Below, one piece after another: positions 51,131-64,000 of a DNA stretch of 64,000 nt. A program made the translations under genes and the position numbers. The DNA is taken from contig OZ024741.1 in NCBI GenBank assembly GCA_964016885.1, positions 162,626,001-162,690,000 on the forward strand. The letters run 5' to 3'. How positions within the stretch are numbered: position 1 is the stretch's first letter; each line of letters starts with the position of its first letter. The DNA is from Eledone cirrhosa (lineage: Eukaryota). The notes below the pieces were generated by a model that was not told the DNA's origin, made no database searches, and saw only the letters and a list, made by a program, of their open reading frames with translations.

Positions 51131-51718
51131 TGTGTATCGTGTTAAGGACTAGATCACTTCTAGTCTAATCACTGTGTATCGTGTTAAGGACTAGATCACT
51201 TCTAGTCTAATCACTGTGTATCGTGTTAAGGACTAGATCACATCTAGTCTAATCACTGTGTATCGTGTTAAGGACTAGATCACTTCTAGTCTAATCACTG
51301 TGTATCGTGTTAAGGACTAGATCACTTCTAGTCTAATCACTGTGTATCGTGTTAAGGACTAGATCACATCTAGTCTAATCACTGTGTATCGTGTTAAGGA
51401 CTAGATCACTTCTAGTCTAATCACTGTGTATCGTGTTAAGGACTAGATCACTTCTAGTCTAATCACTGTGTATCGTGTTAAGGACTAGATCACATCTAGT
51501 CTAATCACTGTGTATCGTGTTAAGGACTAGATCACATCTAGTCTAATCACTGTGTATCGTGTTAAGGACTAGATCACTTCTAGTCTAATCACTGTGTATC
51601 GTGTTAAGGACTAGATCACATCTAGTCTAATCACTGTGTATCGTGTTAAGGACTAGATCACATCTAGTCTAATCACTGTGTATCGTGTTAAGGACTAGAT
51701 CACTTCTAGTCTAATCAC
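51131..51718. repeat. 42-bp minisatellite, 14 copies
   Basis: tgtgtatcgtgttaaggactagatcac(t/a)tctagtctaatcac repeated 14 times. Confidence 0.95.
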
Positions 51719-53019
51719 TTGAACGTTAATTTAGCTTTGCGGTATAATCACAGGCATGGTTGAGTAGTTAAGAAGTTTACTTCATAATCAATAGACCTAG
51801 GATTCGATCCTATTGTGTGGCATCTTGGGAAAGTGTATTTATCATAACCTTAATCGACCCAAGTCATGCGAGTGAATTTCGGTAGACGGAAACAGTATGT
51901 AAGTAACTGAATCCATTGTACTTCTAATTCAAAAGCCAGCCTTTTCATTTCTTGTGTCACATTGATTCAGCTTAGGAATTACGTTAAGGATACGCATGTC
52001 TATGGAATACTCAACCATTTACAAATTATTTGTTGGACGTTCAGTTGATTGAATAACTGAAGGCTCAGTGACGAAACCGACGGAGGATCAATTAAATACA
52101 GATGTTCAGGGTGGGGTAATGCGATTGATGTTCAGCTTCGAAATTTTCAATTCGATGCTTGTCGAGGGGAAATGTCGACAGAGAAAAATACCGCATTGTT
52201 TAGTAAAGAACGGGAATGTGCAGTAGTAAGATTTACAAGAGGAGGGAAGGTGAGTACATTATGTGGGCTCGGATAGTGGCTACACACAACTTTCTAATTC
52301 AATGAGTCGAGAAGTATAAATAAATAAATACCATAACCGCAAAATGTGGAAGGAATTAGAAAAAAACTGACAAATCTTTCAATGCTGAATTGATGATAAT
52401 GATGGATTCTTTGTCAGTTTCGACGTGGAGCATTCAGTTGTTCGATTAACTTAATACATGGCTCATGAATTGTGTAACTGGTGGAGTATTCAACAGGCAT
52501 GTGTGCACATAACGCAATTCTCAGGCAGATTCAGAGTGACACAATATGAGACAAGGCGGGACCTTTGAATTACAGGTAATTCCACGCGACGGGTTTCCAA
52601 TCAATTTCTATCTACTCAGTTCCAAACACGAGGCTTGTGTAGACCCAAGGCTATGATAAACACATTTGTAGAAGATGCTACGTTGTGAAATTGAAGTCGA
52701 TACCTTATGATTACGATGCGGTCGACCCGAGGCTATGATAAGCACATCATTTCTACATGATGCCGTGTAGTGAAATTGAACTCGATACCTAATGATTACG
52801 ATGCGAACTTCTTCACTTCCCAGTCATGCCCACTTCAAATTAACCTTCTTTTGTGAGTATAATTTGGAATGGGATACGCTTCAACAGAATGACTTGTGGC
52901 AGGTACTTCGTAAAGTTCCAGTCTGAAGTGGTACACTCACAATACAAGGTGTTATGGGATTAACAAATGTCTTTGATTAGTCTATTGGTGGAGGTGAACA
53001 TCTATTATTATTAGATTTA

Positions 53020-53200
53020 AGGGCGGTTGATTGGCAGTATCGGTAGAAGGTCGGACGCCATGATTGAAGCATAGAGTTACGTCCCTTTACAATCTGAGTT
53101 CAAATCCCGCCGAGGTTGACTTTGTCTTTCATCCTCGATGAAATAAAGTACCAGTAATGCACTGGGTAATTGCTGGCCTTGTGCCTAAAGTAGAAACAAT
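53020..53200 (+). mobile_element. tRNA-derived SINE with TSD attattagattta
   Basis: Consensus match with duplicated flank. Confidence 0.85.
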
Positions 53201-53999
53201 TATTAGATTTATGTATTTAACATTAGATACTTCCATCTATCCACCCATGGGCTCTACATTTCCACTAGAGTCTGTGTGACTCGTCGGAACATTTAAATCT
53301 GGCGGAGATCATTCCTTCTCTGTGTATGAACACAGTTGATTTCTTCGAGAGAAAGTGAGGATGAGAGATAGAGGAGGAATCCACTACAGTACTGGGCTTG
53401 TACTATATTTTATTGGTCCCAAAAGGATGGTAGGCAATATTGACCTTGAGAGAATTTGAAATCAGAGCGCACTGAGCCAGAACAAATAACGTGGGATATT
53501 CTATGTGAGGCTCTAACGACTCTGCCCTATTTATCAGATTTTATCTGAATGTCATATATATATTCAAAACATTGCATATATATATATAAAACATTGCATA
53601 TATATATATATACAAAACATTGCATATATATATATAAAACATTGCATATATATATATATACAAAACATTGCATATATATATATATAAAACATTACATATA
53701 TATATATGTACAAAACATTACATATATATGTACAAAACTATCCACCCTGAAGCAAACTGTATGAACATTATATATTATCTAGCCATATTGTATTCTTTGT
53801 TGCCAACAGTCAATTAATGTATTCAGTAAAATATTTCATCTTAATTGATAGAACCAAAGAAAGTTTTCAGCGAAGCCTACATACTTCTGTGCATGATGCC
53901 ATATCCATTCTATGATGTATTCAATGGCTGCTTTATGATATCATTCACGATCTGTTATATTTAACTATATTCTATGATAACAATTTAGAAACTATGCAT

Positions 54000-54585
54000 G
54001 AATAGAAGCCTGGATGCCCATCAAGAATACATAGGTTCATTACATCATTTCCTGAAGATACACGAGGTAACAATCAGTACGATGGATAATTATCGGCCCC
54101 TCAATAATAAAACGAAAAACAGAGTAAAACGAGGCGGTGTGCTCGCATTCTCACTCTTTAGCATCTTCTATTTCCTACTGTCTTCGAGTCATCAGCAGTG
54201 GCGTTCTACTAAACACAAAAAGAGACGGGAAATTCTTCAACTTCGTGTACCTTGAAGCAATATCCAAAGTACAAAATGTCCTGATCAGAGAAATGCTGTT
54301 CATAGATGAGAACGCTCTGATATCGCACTTCAAGGAGGCTCACCAGAGGCTTAGTATCAACTTGGCCCTGGCGTGTGAAGATATTTGTTTCACTATTAGC
54401 TTCAAGAACATCAGTATCTTTGTTCAAGTGTAAGCAATGTCCCCAGGAGACTACATCTTAGAAGTGGTGGAAAACGTCATCTACATTGGCTTCATGTCAA
54501 GTAATATGTCTCTCGACATCGAACTGAACATAAATATCGCTAATGCAGCAACAATGATGTATCGAATCGCCAGGCGGTTATGTGT
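54000..54585 (+). mobile_element. decayed RTE-clade (BovB-like) LINE reverse transcriptase fragment
   Basis: VKRGGVLAFSLFSIF, RDGKFFNF..VLIREMLFIDENAL..LACEDICFTISFK and DYILEVVENVIYIG correspond to RTE motifs VKQGCVLAPTLF / REMLFADDAAL / FTYLGS. Confidence 0.8.
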
Positions 54586-54734
54586 TAGTTCAAGATAACC
54601 ACAAGGCAGTTGTGTTGACTACCAAAACAAAGAGGAAAGTCGATTAAATCTGCACTTTAATGTATAACAGAGAATCATGGGCACACGAAACACGTTATGT
54701 GTTGTTTGCTTTGTTGTTTCGGTTTCCTTTATGC

Positions 54735-54770
<36 letters not shown>

Positions 54771-54805
54771 ACACACAGACACACAGACACACACACAGAC
54801 ACACA

Positions 54806-54883
<78 letters not shown>

Positions 54884-54989
54884 CGCACACACGCACACAT
54901 ATATATATATATATGTCTCCATTTATGTGTGTATATTTGTATATATATATGCCTATATATGTGTGTATACATATATATATGTGTATATA

Positions 54990-55027
<38 letters not shown>

Positions 55028-55033
<6 letters not shown>

Positions 55034-57126
55034 TAAGTATGTACACGTACATACATATATGTATACCGACGTACAGTAGTATGTATATATATATATATAC
55101 ATACATGCACACATATATATATGCACGTATGGATTCACCGAACATTTATTATAATGCTCGGTGTGTTTGTAAACAAACATCCCGTATTAAGCCGTAGTGT
55201 CTAGCAACCACCGTTGCTCGTTTGTTCAACACTGACAAAGGAACGCTGTACTAGTTTCAAGCTTGTTAGCTATCGTCAGCAACGTATACCTTCCTGCCAG
55301 ATTGTTGAACGTATATACTTACCTTATGCATATTAACGGCTGAGTAGCCCAATATGCATATCGAGTGGGTTAATCGGCCGGGTGCACCGAAAACGATAAA
55401 CGGAAAAAATGAAACGATATTTCATTTCCCACTCTTAGTACGGCTGTTACTTAAATATAAGTATGTACACGTACATACATATATGTATACCGACGTACAG
55501 TAGTATGTATATATATATATATACATACATGCACACATATATATATGCACGTATGGATTCACCGAACATTTATTATAATGCTCGGTGTGTTTGTAAACAA
55601 ACATCCCGTATTAAGCCGTAGTGTCTAGCAACCACCGTTGCTCGTTTGTTCAACACTGACAAAGGAACGCTGTACTAGTTTCAAGCTTGTTAGCTATCGT
55701 CAGCAACGTATACCTTCCTGCCAGATTGTTGAACGTATATACTTACCTTATGCATATTAACGGCTGAGTAGCCCAATATGCATATCGAGTGGGTTAATCG
55801 GCCGGGTGCACCGAAAACGATAAACGGAAAAAATGAAACGATATTTCATTTCCCACTCTTAGTACGGCTGTTACTTAAATATAAGTATGTACACGTACAT
55901 ACATATATGTATACCGACGTACAGTAGTATGTATATATATATATATACATACATGCACACATATATATATGCACGTATGGATTCACCGAACATTTATTAT
56001 AATGCTCGGTGTGTTTGTAAACAAACATCCCGTATTAAGCCGTAGTGTCTAGCAACCACCGTTGCTCGTTTGTTCAACACTGACAAAGGAACGCTGTACT
56101 AGTTTCAAGCTTGTTAGCTATCGTCAGCAACGTATACCTTCCTGCCAGATTGTTGAACGTATATACTTACCTTATGCATATTAACGGCTGAGTAGCCCAA
56201 TATGCATATCGAGTGGGTTAATCGGCCGGGTGCACCGAAAACGATAAACGGAAAAAATGAAACGATATTTCATTTCCCACTCTTAGTACGGCTGTTACTT
56301 AAATATAAGTATGTACACGTACATACATATATGTATACCGACGTACAGTAGTATGTATATATATATATATACATACATGCACACATATATATATGCACGT
56401 ATGGATTCACCGAACATTTATTATAATGCTCGGTGTGTTTGTAAACAAACATCCCGTATTAAGCCGTAGTGTCTAGCAACCACCGTTGCTCGTTTGTTCA
56501 ACACTGACAAAGGAACGCTGTACTAGTTTCAAGCTTGTTAGCTATCGTCAGCAACGTATACCTTCCTGCCAGATTGTTGAACGTATATACTTACCTTATG
56601 CATATTAACGGCTGAGTAGCCCAATATGCATATCGAGTGGGTTAATCGGCCGGGTGCACCGAAAACGATAAACGGAAAAAATGAAACGATATTTCATTTC
56701 CCACTCTTAGTACGGCTGTTACTTAAATATAAGTATGTACACGTACATACATATATGTATACCGACGTACAGTAGTATGTATATATATATATATACATAC
56801 ATGCACACATATATATATGCACGTATGGATTCACCGAACATTTATTATAATGCTCGGTGTGTTTGTAAACAAACATCCCGTATTAAGCCGTAGTGTCTAG
56901 CAACCACCGTTGCTCGTTTGTTCAACACTGACAAAGGAACGCTGTACTAGTTTCAAGCTTGTTAGCTATCGTCAGCAACGTATACCTTCCTGCCAGATTG
57001 TTGAACGTATATACTTACCTTATGCATATTAACGGCTGAGTAGCCCAATATGCATATCGAGTGGGTTAATCGGCCGGGTGCACCGAAAACGATAAACGGA
57101 AAAAATGAAACGATATTTCATTTCCC
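55028..57126 (-). mobile_element. retrozyme array, inverted block: ~4.95 x 424-bp units, 5 hammerheads
   Basis: Exact 424-bp periodicity, also visible in the ORF track. tcgtcag (core on minus) at 55273, 55697, 56121, 56545, 56969. Confidence 0.88.
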
Positions 57127-57135
57127 GATATTTCA

Positions 57136-60100
57136 TTGCTGACGATAGCTAACAAGCTTGAAACTAGTACAGCGTTCCTTTGTCAGTGTTGAACAAACGA
57201 GCAACGGTGGTTGCTAGACACTACGGCTTAATACGGGATGTTTGTTTACAAACACACCGAGCATTATAATAAATGTTCGGTGAATCCATACGTGCATATA
57301 TATATGTGTGCATGTATGTATATATATATATATACATACTACTGTACGTCGGTATACATATATGTATGTACGTGTACATACTTATATTTAAGTAACAGCC
57401 GTACTAAGAGTGGGAAATGAAATATCGTTTCATTTTTTCCGTTTATCGTTTTCGGTGCACCCGGCCGATTAACCCACTCGATATGCATATTGGGCTACTC
57501 AGCCGTTAATATGCATAAGGTAAGTATATACGTTCAACAATCTGGCAGGAAGGTATACGTTGCTGACGATAGCTAACAAGCTTGAAACTAGTACAGCGTT
57601 CCTTTGTCAGTGTTGAACAAACGAGCAACGGTGGTTGCTAGACACTACGGCTTAATACGGGATGTTTGTTTACAAACACACCGAGCATTATAATAAATGT
57701 TCGGTGAATCCATACGTGCATATATATATGTGTGCATGTATGTATATATATATATATACATACTACTGTACGTCGGTATACATATATGTATGTACGTGTA
57801 CATACTTATATTTAAGTAACAGCCGTACTAAGAGTGGGAAATGAAATATCGTTTCATTTTTTCCGTTTATCGTTTTCGGTGCACCCGGCCGATTAACCCA
57901 CTCGATATGCATATTGGGCTACTCAGCCGTTAATATGCATAAGGTAAGTATATACGTTCAACAATCTGGCAGGAAGGTATACGTTGCTGACGATAGCTAA
58001 CAAGCTTGAAACTAGTACAGCGTTCCTTTGTCAGTGTTGAACAAACGAGCAACGGTGGTTGCTAGACACTACGGCTTAATACGGGATGTTTGTTTACAAA
58101 CACACCGAGCATTATAATAAATGTTCGGTGAATCCATACGTGCATATATATATGTGTGCATGTATGTATATATATATATATACATACTACTGTACGTCGG
58201 TATACATATATGTATGTACGTGTACATACTTATATTTAAGTAACAGCCGTACTAAGAGTGGGAAATGAAATATCGTTTCATTTTTTCCGTTTATCGTTTT
58301 CGGTGCACCCGGCCGATTAACCCACTCGATATGCATATTGGGCTACTCAGCCGTTAATATGCATAAGGTAAGTATATACGTTCAACAATCTGGCAGGAAG
58401 GTATACGTTGCTGACGATAGCTAACAAGCTTGAAACTAGTACAGCGTTCCTTTGTCAGTGTTGAACAAACGAGCAACGGTGGTTGCTAGACACTACGGCT
58501 TAATACGGGATGTTTGTTTACAAACACACCGAGCATTATAATAAATGTTCGGTGAATCCATACGTGCATATATATATGTGTGCATGTATGTATATATATA
58601 TATATACATACTACTGTACGTCGGTATACATATATGTATGTACGTGTACATACTTATATTTAAGTAACAGCCGTACTAAGAGTGGGAAATGAAATATCGT
58701 TTCATTTTTTCCGTTTATCGTTTTCGGTGCACCCGGCCGATTAACCCACTCGATATGCATATTGGGCTACTCAGCCGTTAATATGCATAAGGTAAGTATA
58801 TACGTTCAACAATCTGGCAGGAAGGTATACGTTGCTGACGATAGCTAACAAGCTTGAAACTAGTACAGCGTTCCTTTGTCAGTGTTGAACAAACGAGCAA
58901 CGGTGGTTGCTAGACACTACGGCTTAATACGGGATGTTTGTTTACAAACACACCGAGCATTATAATAAATGTTCGGTGAATCCATACGTGCATATATATA
59001 TGTGTGCATGTATGTATATATATATATATACATACTACTGTACGTCGGTATACATATATGTATGTACGTGTACATACTTATATTTAAGTAACAGCCGTAC
59101 TAAGAGTGGGAAATGAAATATCGTTTCATTTTTTCCGTTTATCGTTTTCGGTGCACCCGGCCGATTAACCCACTCGATATGCATATTGGGCTACTCAGCC
59201 GTTAATATGCATAAGGTAAGTATATACGTTCAACAATCTGGCAGGAAGGTATACGTTGCTGACGATAGCTAACAAGCTTGAAACTAGTACAGCGTTCCTT
59301 TGTCAGTGTTGAACAAACGAGCAACGGTGGTTGCTAGACACTACGGCTTAATACGGGATGTTTGTTTACAAACACACCGAGCATTATAATAAATGTTCGG
59401 TGAATCCATACGTGCATATATATATGTGTGCATGTATGTATATATATATATATACATACTACTGTACGTCGGTATACATATATGTATGTACGTGTACATA
59501 CTTATATTTAAGTAACAGCCGTACTAAGAGTGGGAAATGAAATATCGTTTCATTTTTTCCGTTTATCGTTTTCGGTGCACCCGGCCGATTAACCCACTCG
59601 ATATGCATATTGGGCTACTCAGCCGTTAATATGCATAAGGTAAGTATATACGTTCAACAATCTGGCAGGAAGGTATACGTTGCTGACGATAGCTAACAAG
59701 CTTGAAACTAGTACAGCGTTCCTTTGTCAGTGTTGAACAAACGAGCAACGGTGGTTGCTAGACACTACGGCTTAATACGGGATGTTTGTTTACAAACACA
59801 CCGAGCATTATAATAAATGTTCGGTGAATCCATACGTGCATATATATATGTGTGCATGTATGTATATATATATATATACATACTACTGTACGTCGGTATA
59901 CATATATGTATGTACGTGTACATACTTATATTTAAGTAACAGCCGTACTAAGAGTGGGAAATGAAATATCGTTTCATTTTTTCCGTTTATCGTTTTCGGT
60001 GCACCCGGCCGATTAACCCACTCGATATGCATATTGGGCTACTCAGCCGTTAATATGCATAAGGTAAGTATATACGTTCAACAATCTGGCAGGAAGGTAT

Positions 60101-62110
60101 ACGTTGCTGACGATAGCTAACAAGCTTGAAACTAGTACAGCGTTCCTTTGTCAGTGTTGAACAAACGAGCAACGGTGGTTGCTAGACACTACGGCTTAAT
60201 ACGGGATGTTTGTTTACAAACACACCGAGCATTATAATAAATGTTCGGTGAATCCATACGTGCATATATATATGTGTGCATGTATGTATATATATATATA
60301 TACATACTACTGTACGTCGGTATACATATATGTATGTACGTGTACATACTTATATTTAAGTAACAGCCGTACTAAGAGTGGGAAATGAAATATCGTTTCA
60401 TTTTTTCCGTTTATCGTTTTCGGTGCACCCGGCCGATTAACCCACTCGATATGCATATTGGGCTACTCAGCCGTTAATATGCATAAGGTAAGTATATACG
60501 TTCAACAATCTGGCAGGAAGGTATACGTTGCTGACGATAGCTAACAAGCTTGAAACTAGTACAGCGTTCCTTTGTCAGTGTTGAACAAACGAGCAACGGT
60601 GGTTGCTAGACACTACGGCTTAATACGGGATGTTTGTTTACAAACACACCGAGCATTATAATAAATGTTCGGTGAATCCATACGTGCATATATATATGTG
60701 TGCATGTATGTATATATATATATATACATACTACTGTACGTCGGTATACATATATGTATGTACGTGTACATACTTATATTTAAGTAACAGCCGTACTAAG
60801 AGTGGGAAATGAAATATCGTTTCATTTTTTCCGTTTATCGTTTTCGGTGCACCCGGCCGATTAACCCACTCGATATGCATATTGGGCTACTCAGCCGTTA
60901 ATATGCATAAGGTAAGTATATACGTTCAACAATCTGGCAGGAAGGTATACGTTGCTGACGATAGCTAACAAGCTTGAAACTAGTACAGCGTTCCTTTGTC
61001 AGTGTTGAACAAACGAGCAACGGTGGTTGCTAGACACTACGGCTTAATACGGGATGTTTGTTTACAAACACACCGAGCATTATAATAAATGTTCGGTGAA
61101 TCCATACGTGCATATATATATGTGTGCATGTATGTATATATATATATATACATACTACTGTACGTCGGTATACATATATGTATGTACGTGTACATACTTA
61201 TATTTAAGTAACAGCCGTACTAAGAGTGGGAAATGAAATATCGTTTCATTTTTTCCGTTTATCGTTTTCGGTGCACCCGGCCGATTAACCCACTCGATAT
61301 GCATATTGGGCTACTCAGCCGTTAATATGCATAAGGTAAGTATATACGTTCAACAATCTGGCAGGAAGGTATACGTTGCTGACGATAGCTAACAAGCTTG
61401 AAACTAGTACAGCGTTCCTTTGTCAGTGTTGAACAAACGAGCAACGGTGGTTGCTAGACACTACGGCTTAATACGGGATGTTTGTTTACAAACACACCGA
61501 GCATTATAATAAATGTTCGGTGAATCCATACGTGCATATATATATGTGTGCATGTATGTATATATATATATATACATACTACTGTACGTCGGTATACATA
61601 TATGTATGTACGTGTACATACTTATATTTAAGTAACAGCCGTACTAAGAGTGGGAAATGAAATATCGTTTCATTTTTTCCGTTTATCGTTTTCGGTGCAC
61701 CCGGCCGATTAACCCACTCGATATGCATATTGGGCTACTCAGCCGTTAATATGCATAAGGTAAGTATATACGTTCAACAATCTGGCAGGAAGGTATACGT
61801 TGCTGACGATAGCTAACAAGCTTGAAACTAGTACAGCGTTCCTTTGTCAGTGTTGAACAAACGAGCAACGGTGGTTGCTAGACACTACGGCTTAATACGG
61901 GATGTTTGTTTACAAACACACCGAGCATTATAATAAATGTTCGGTGAATCCATACGTGCATATATATATGTGTGCATGTATGTATATATATATATATACA
62001 TACTACTGTACGTCGGTATACATATATGTATGTACGTGTACATACTTATATTTAAGTAACAGCCGTACTAAGAGTGGGAAATGAAATATCGTTTCATTTT
62101 TTCCGTTTAT
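57136..62110 (+). mobile_element. retrozyme array, forward block: ~11.7 x 424-bp units, 12 hammerheads
   Basis: CTGACGA at 57139 + n*424 through 61803. Units appear identical. Ends in (TA)n. Confidence 0.88.
57532..57618 (+). ncRNA. representative type I hammerhead of the 424-bp unit
   Basis: gttcaaca..ctggca ggaa-ggtata-cgttg CTGACGA t-agct-aaca-agct-t GAAA ctag TA cagcg ttcc..tgtcag tgttgaac. Predicted cleavage after 57593. Confidence 0.88.
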
Positions 62111-62167
62111 ATATATATATATATATATATATAATGGAAACTTAGAAAATTAGACATATATATATAT

Positions 62168-62950
62168 AATATAAGTATGTACACGTACATACATATATGT
62201 ATACAGACGTACAGTAGTATGTATATATATATACATACATGCACACATATATATATGTACGTATGGATTCACCGAACATTTATTATAATGCTCGGTGTGT
62301 TTGTAAACAAACATCCCGTATCAAGCCGTAGTGTCTAGCAACCATCGTTGCTCGTTTGTTCAACACTGACAAAGGAACGCTGTACTAGTTTCAAGCTTAT
62401 TAGCTATCGTCAGCAACGTATACCTTCCTGCCAGATTGCTGAACGTATATACTTACCTTATGCATATTAACGGCTGAGTAGCCCAATTTGCATATCGAGT
62501 GGGTTAATCGGCCGGGTGCACCGAAAACGATAAACGGAATAAAATGAAACGAAATTTCATTTCCCACTCTTAGTACGGCTGTTACTTAAATATAAGTATG
62601 TACACGTACATACATATATGTATACAGACGTACAGTAGTATGTATATATATATACATACATGCACACATATATATATGTACGTATGGATTCACCGAACAT
62701 TTATTATAATGCTCGGTGTGTTTGTAAACAAACATCCCGTATTAAGCCGTAGTGTCTAACAACCACCGTTGCTCGTTTGCCCAACACTGACAAATACGTA
62801 CATATATATATGTGCGCATGTATGTATATATATATACATACTACTGTACGTCTGTATACATATATGTATGTACGTGTACATACTTATATTTAAGTAACAG
62901 CCGTACTAAGAGTGGGAAATGAAATTTCGTTTCATTTTTTTCCGTTTATA
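62168..62950. mobile_element. second, slightly diverged retrozyme insertion (minus ~1.5 units, plus ~155 bp)
   Basis: Several substitutions relative to the main array. Hammerhead core on minus at 62407-62413. Inversion junction at ~62794. Confidence 0.85.
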
Positions 62951-63028
62951 TATAATACAATATGTTGAAAAGGTAACACACTAGAGAGGGATATAGTGCG
63001 CCATCAATCTATGGCTCCGTTAATTTAT

Positions 63029-63061
<33 letters not shown>

Positions 63062-63067
<6 letters not shown>

Positions 63068-63862
63068 ATTAAATAAATGGAAACTATATTTATAAAACCA
63101 TATTTATTTCATTATATATATTTCAGGGATATCATATTAACAATATGCTATGCCTTCCTCAGACAAAATACAATATAAACAGTTTTATAGATAAATAGAT
63201 TCGACATACCGTAACAACATCTACTTGCATTTGAGAAGGTTGATTTGGTAGTGACAAAATTGTACACAGAGAGAAAGAAAGAGAGAGAGAAAGAGAGAAA
63301 AAGGGAGAAAAAAAAGGAAAGAAAGACAGAAAACGAAGAAAGACGTCCCACTACCTAGCTTTCTATATATATGTATCCATCTCTATTTCCTCTCTCTCTA
63401 TATATATATATCTCTTTCTGTTTCTTTACATGAAGTTCTTCTCTTTATCTATCTTTCCATCTCTCTATTTTGTTCCATGCATTTCTTCTTTTTCTTTTTC
63501 TTCGTTTTCTGTCTTTCTTTCCTTTTTTTTCTCCCTTTTTCTCTCTTTCTCTCTCTCTTTCTTTCTCTCTGTGTACAATTTTGTCACTACCAAATCAACC
63601 TTCTCAAATGCAAGTAGATGTTGTTACGGTATGTCGAATCTATTTATCTATAAAACTGTTTATATTGTATTTTGTCTGAGGAAGGCATAGCATATTGTTA
63701 ATATGATATCCCTGAAATATATATAATGAAATAAATATGGTTTTATAAATATAGTTTCCATTTATTTAATATTGTAAATATACTCCAAATATTTGTCGAG
63801 TGCTTTTATATCAGTTATAAATATTTACTAGTTGTAACCCAACAATTTAAATATAACTTTCC
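63062..63862 (+). mobile_element. fold-back PLE-pLTR-type fragment with hammerheads (63106-63169 minus, 63669-63732 plus)
   Basis: 63062-63340 mirrors ~63497-63775. attttgt CTGAGGA aggcatagcatatt-gtt-aatatgatatccct GAAA tatata TA atgaaat. TA flanks. Confidence 0.82.
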
Positions 63863-63896
<34 letters not shown>

Positions 63897-63937
63897 ATGA
63901 TATATACATGCACACGCACATACGTATATATGTATAT

Positions 63938-63997
<60 letters not shown>

Positions 63998-64000
63998 GTA

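Noticed and set aside
51131-51718. Possible CRISPR array
   Set aside because: No unique spacers, no cas genes, and a eukaryotic context.
57136-57560. Internal Pol III promoter in the retrozyme unit
   Set aside because: I found no convincing A/B box pair, so the transcription source remains unknown.
55422-62084. Repeated 60-aa ORF MFVYKHTEH... in each 424-bp unit
   Set aside because: Short, largely TA/TG low-complexity, and not preserved in diverged copies, whereas the base pairing is.

Overview
AT-rich animal genomic DNA. The SINE families and dense (TA)n/(CA)n/(TATG)n tracts suggest an octopus or related cephalopod, which is an inference. No intact host gene is supportable, and nearly all ORF-track entries are microsatellite artefacts. 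The window is a mosaic of decayed Penelope-like elements (PLEs; Naiad-type and Neptune-like), tRNA-derived SINEs, RTE and other LINE fragments, non-autonomous Helitrons and MITEs. The main hidden signal is RNA structure. A 7-kb array at 55028-62110 consists of apparently identical 424-bp units, each carrying a type I hammerhead ribozyme (CUGACGA...GAAA-CUAG-UA, extended stem I). It has about 5 units inverted and about 11.7 forward, sits in (TA)n, and has diverged relatives elsewhere in the window showing compensatory base-pair changes. This fits a young retrozyme (ribozyme-bearing, circRNA-producing, non-autonomous retroelement), plausibly mobilised by PLEs. The PLEs carry their own hammerheads and share the same (TA)n-targeted, 5'-inverted insertion architecture. 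A second, unrelated 498-bp hammerhead unit with terminal redundancy lies at 250-796. All structures were folded by eye and no searches were run.
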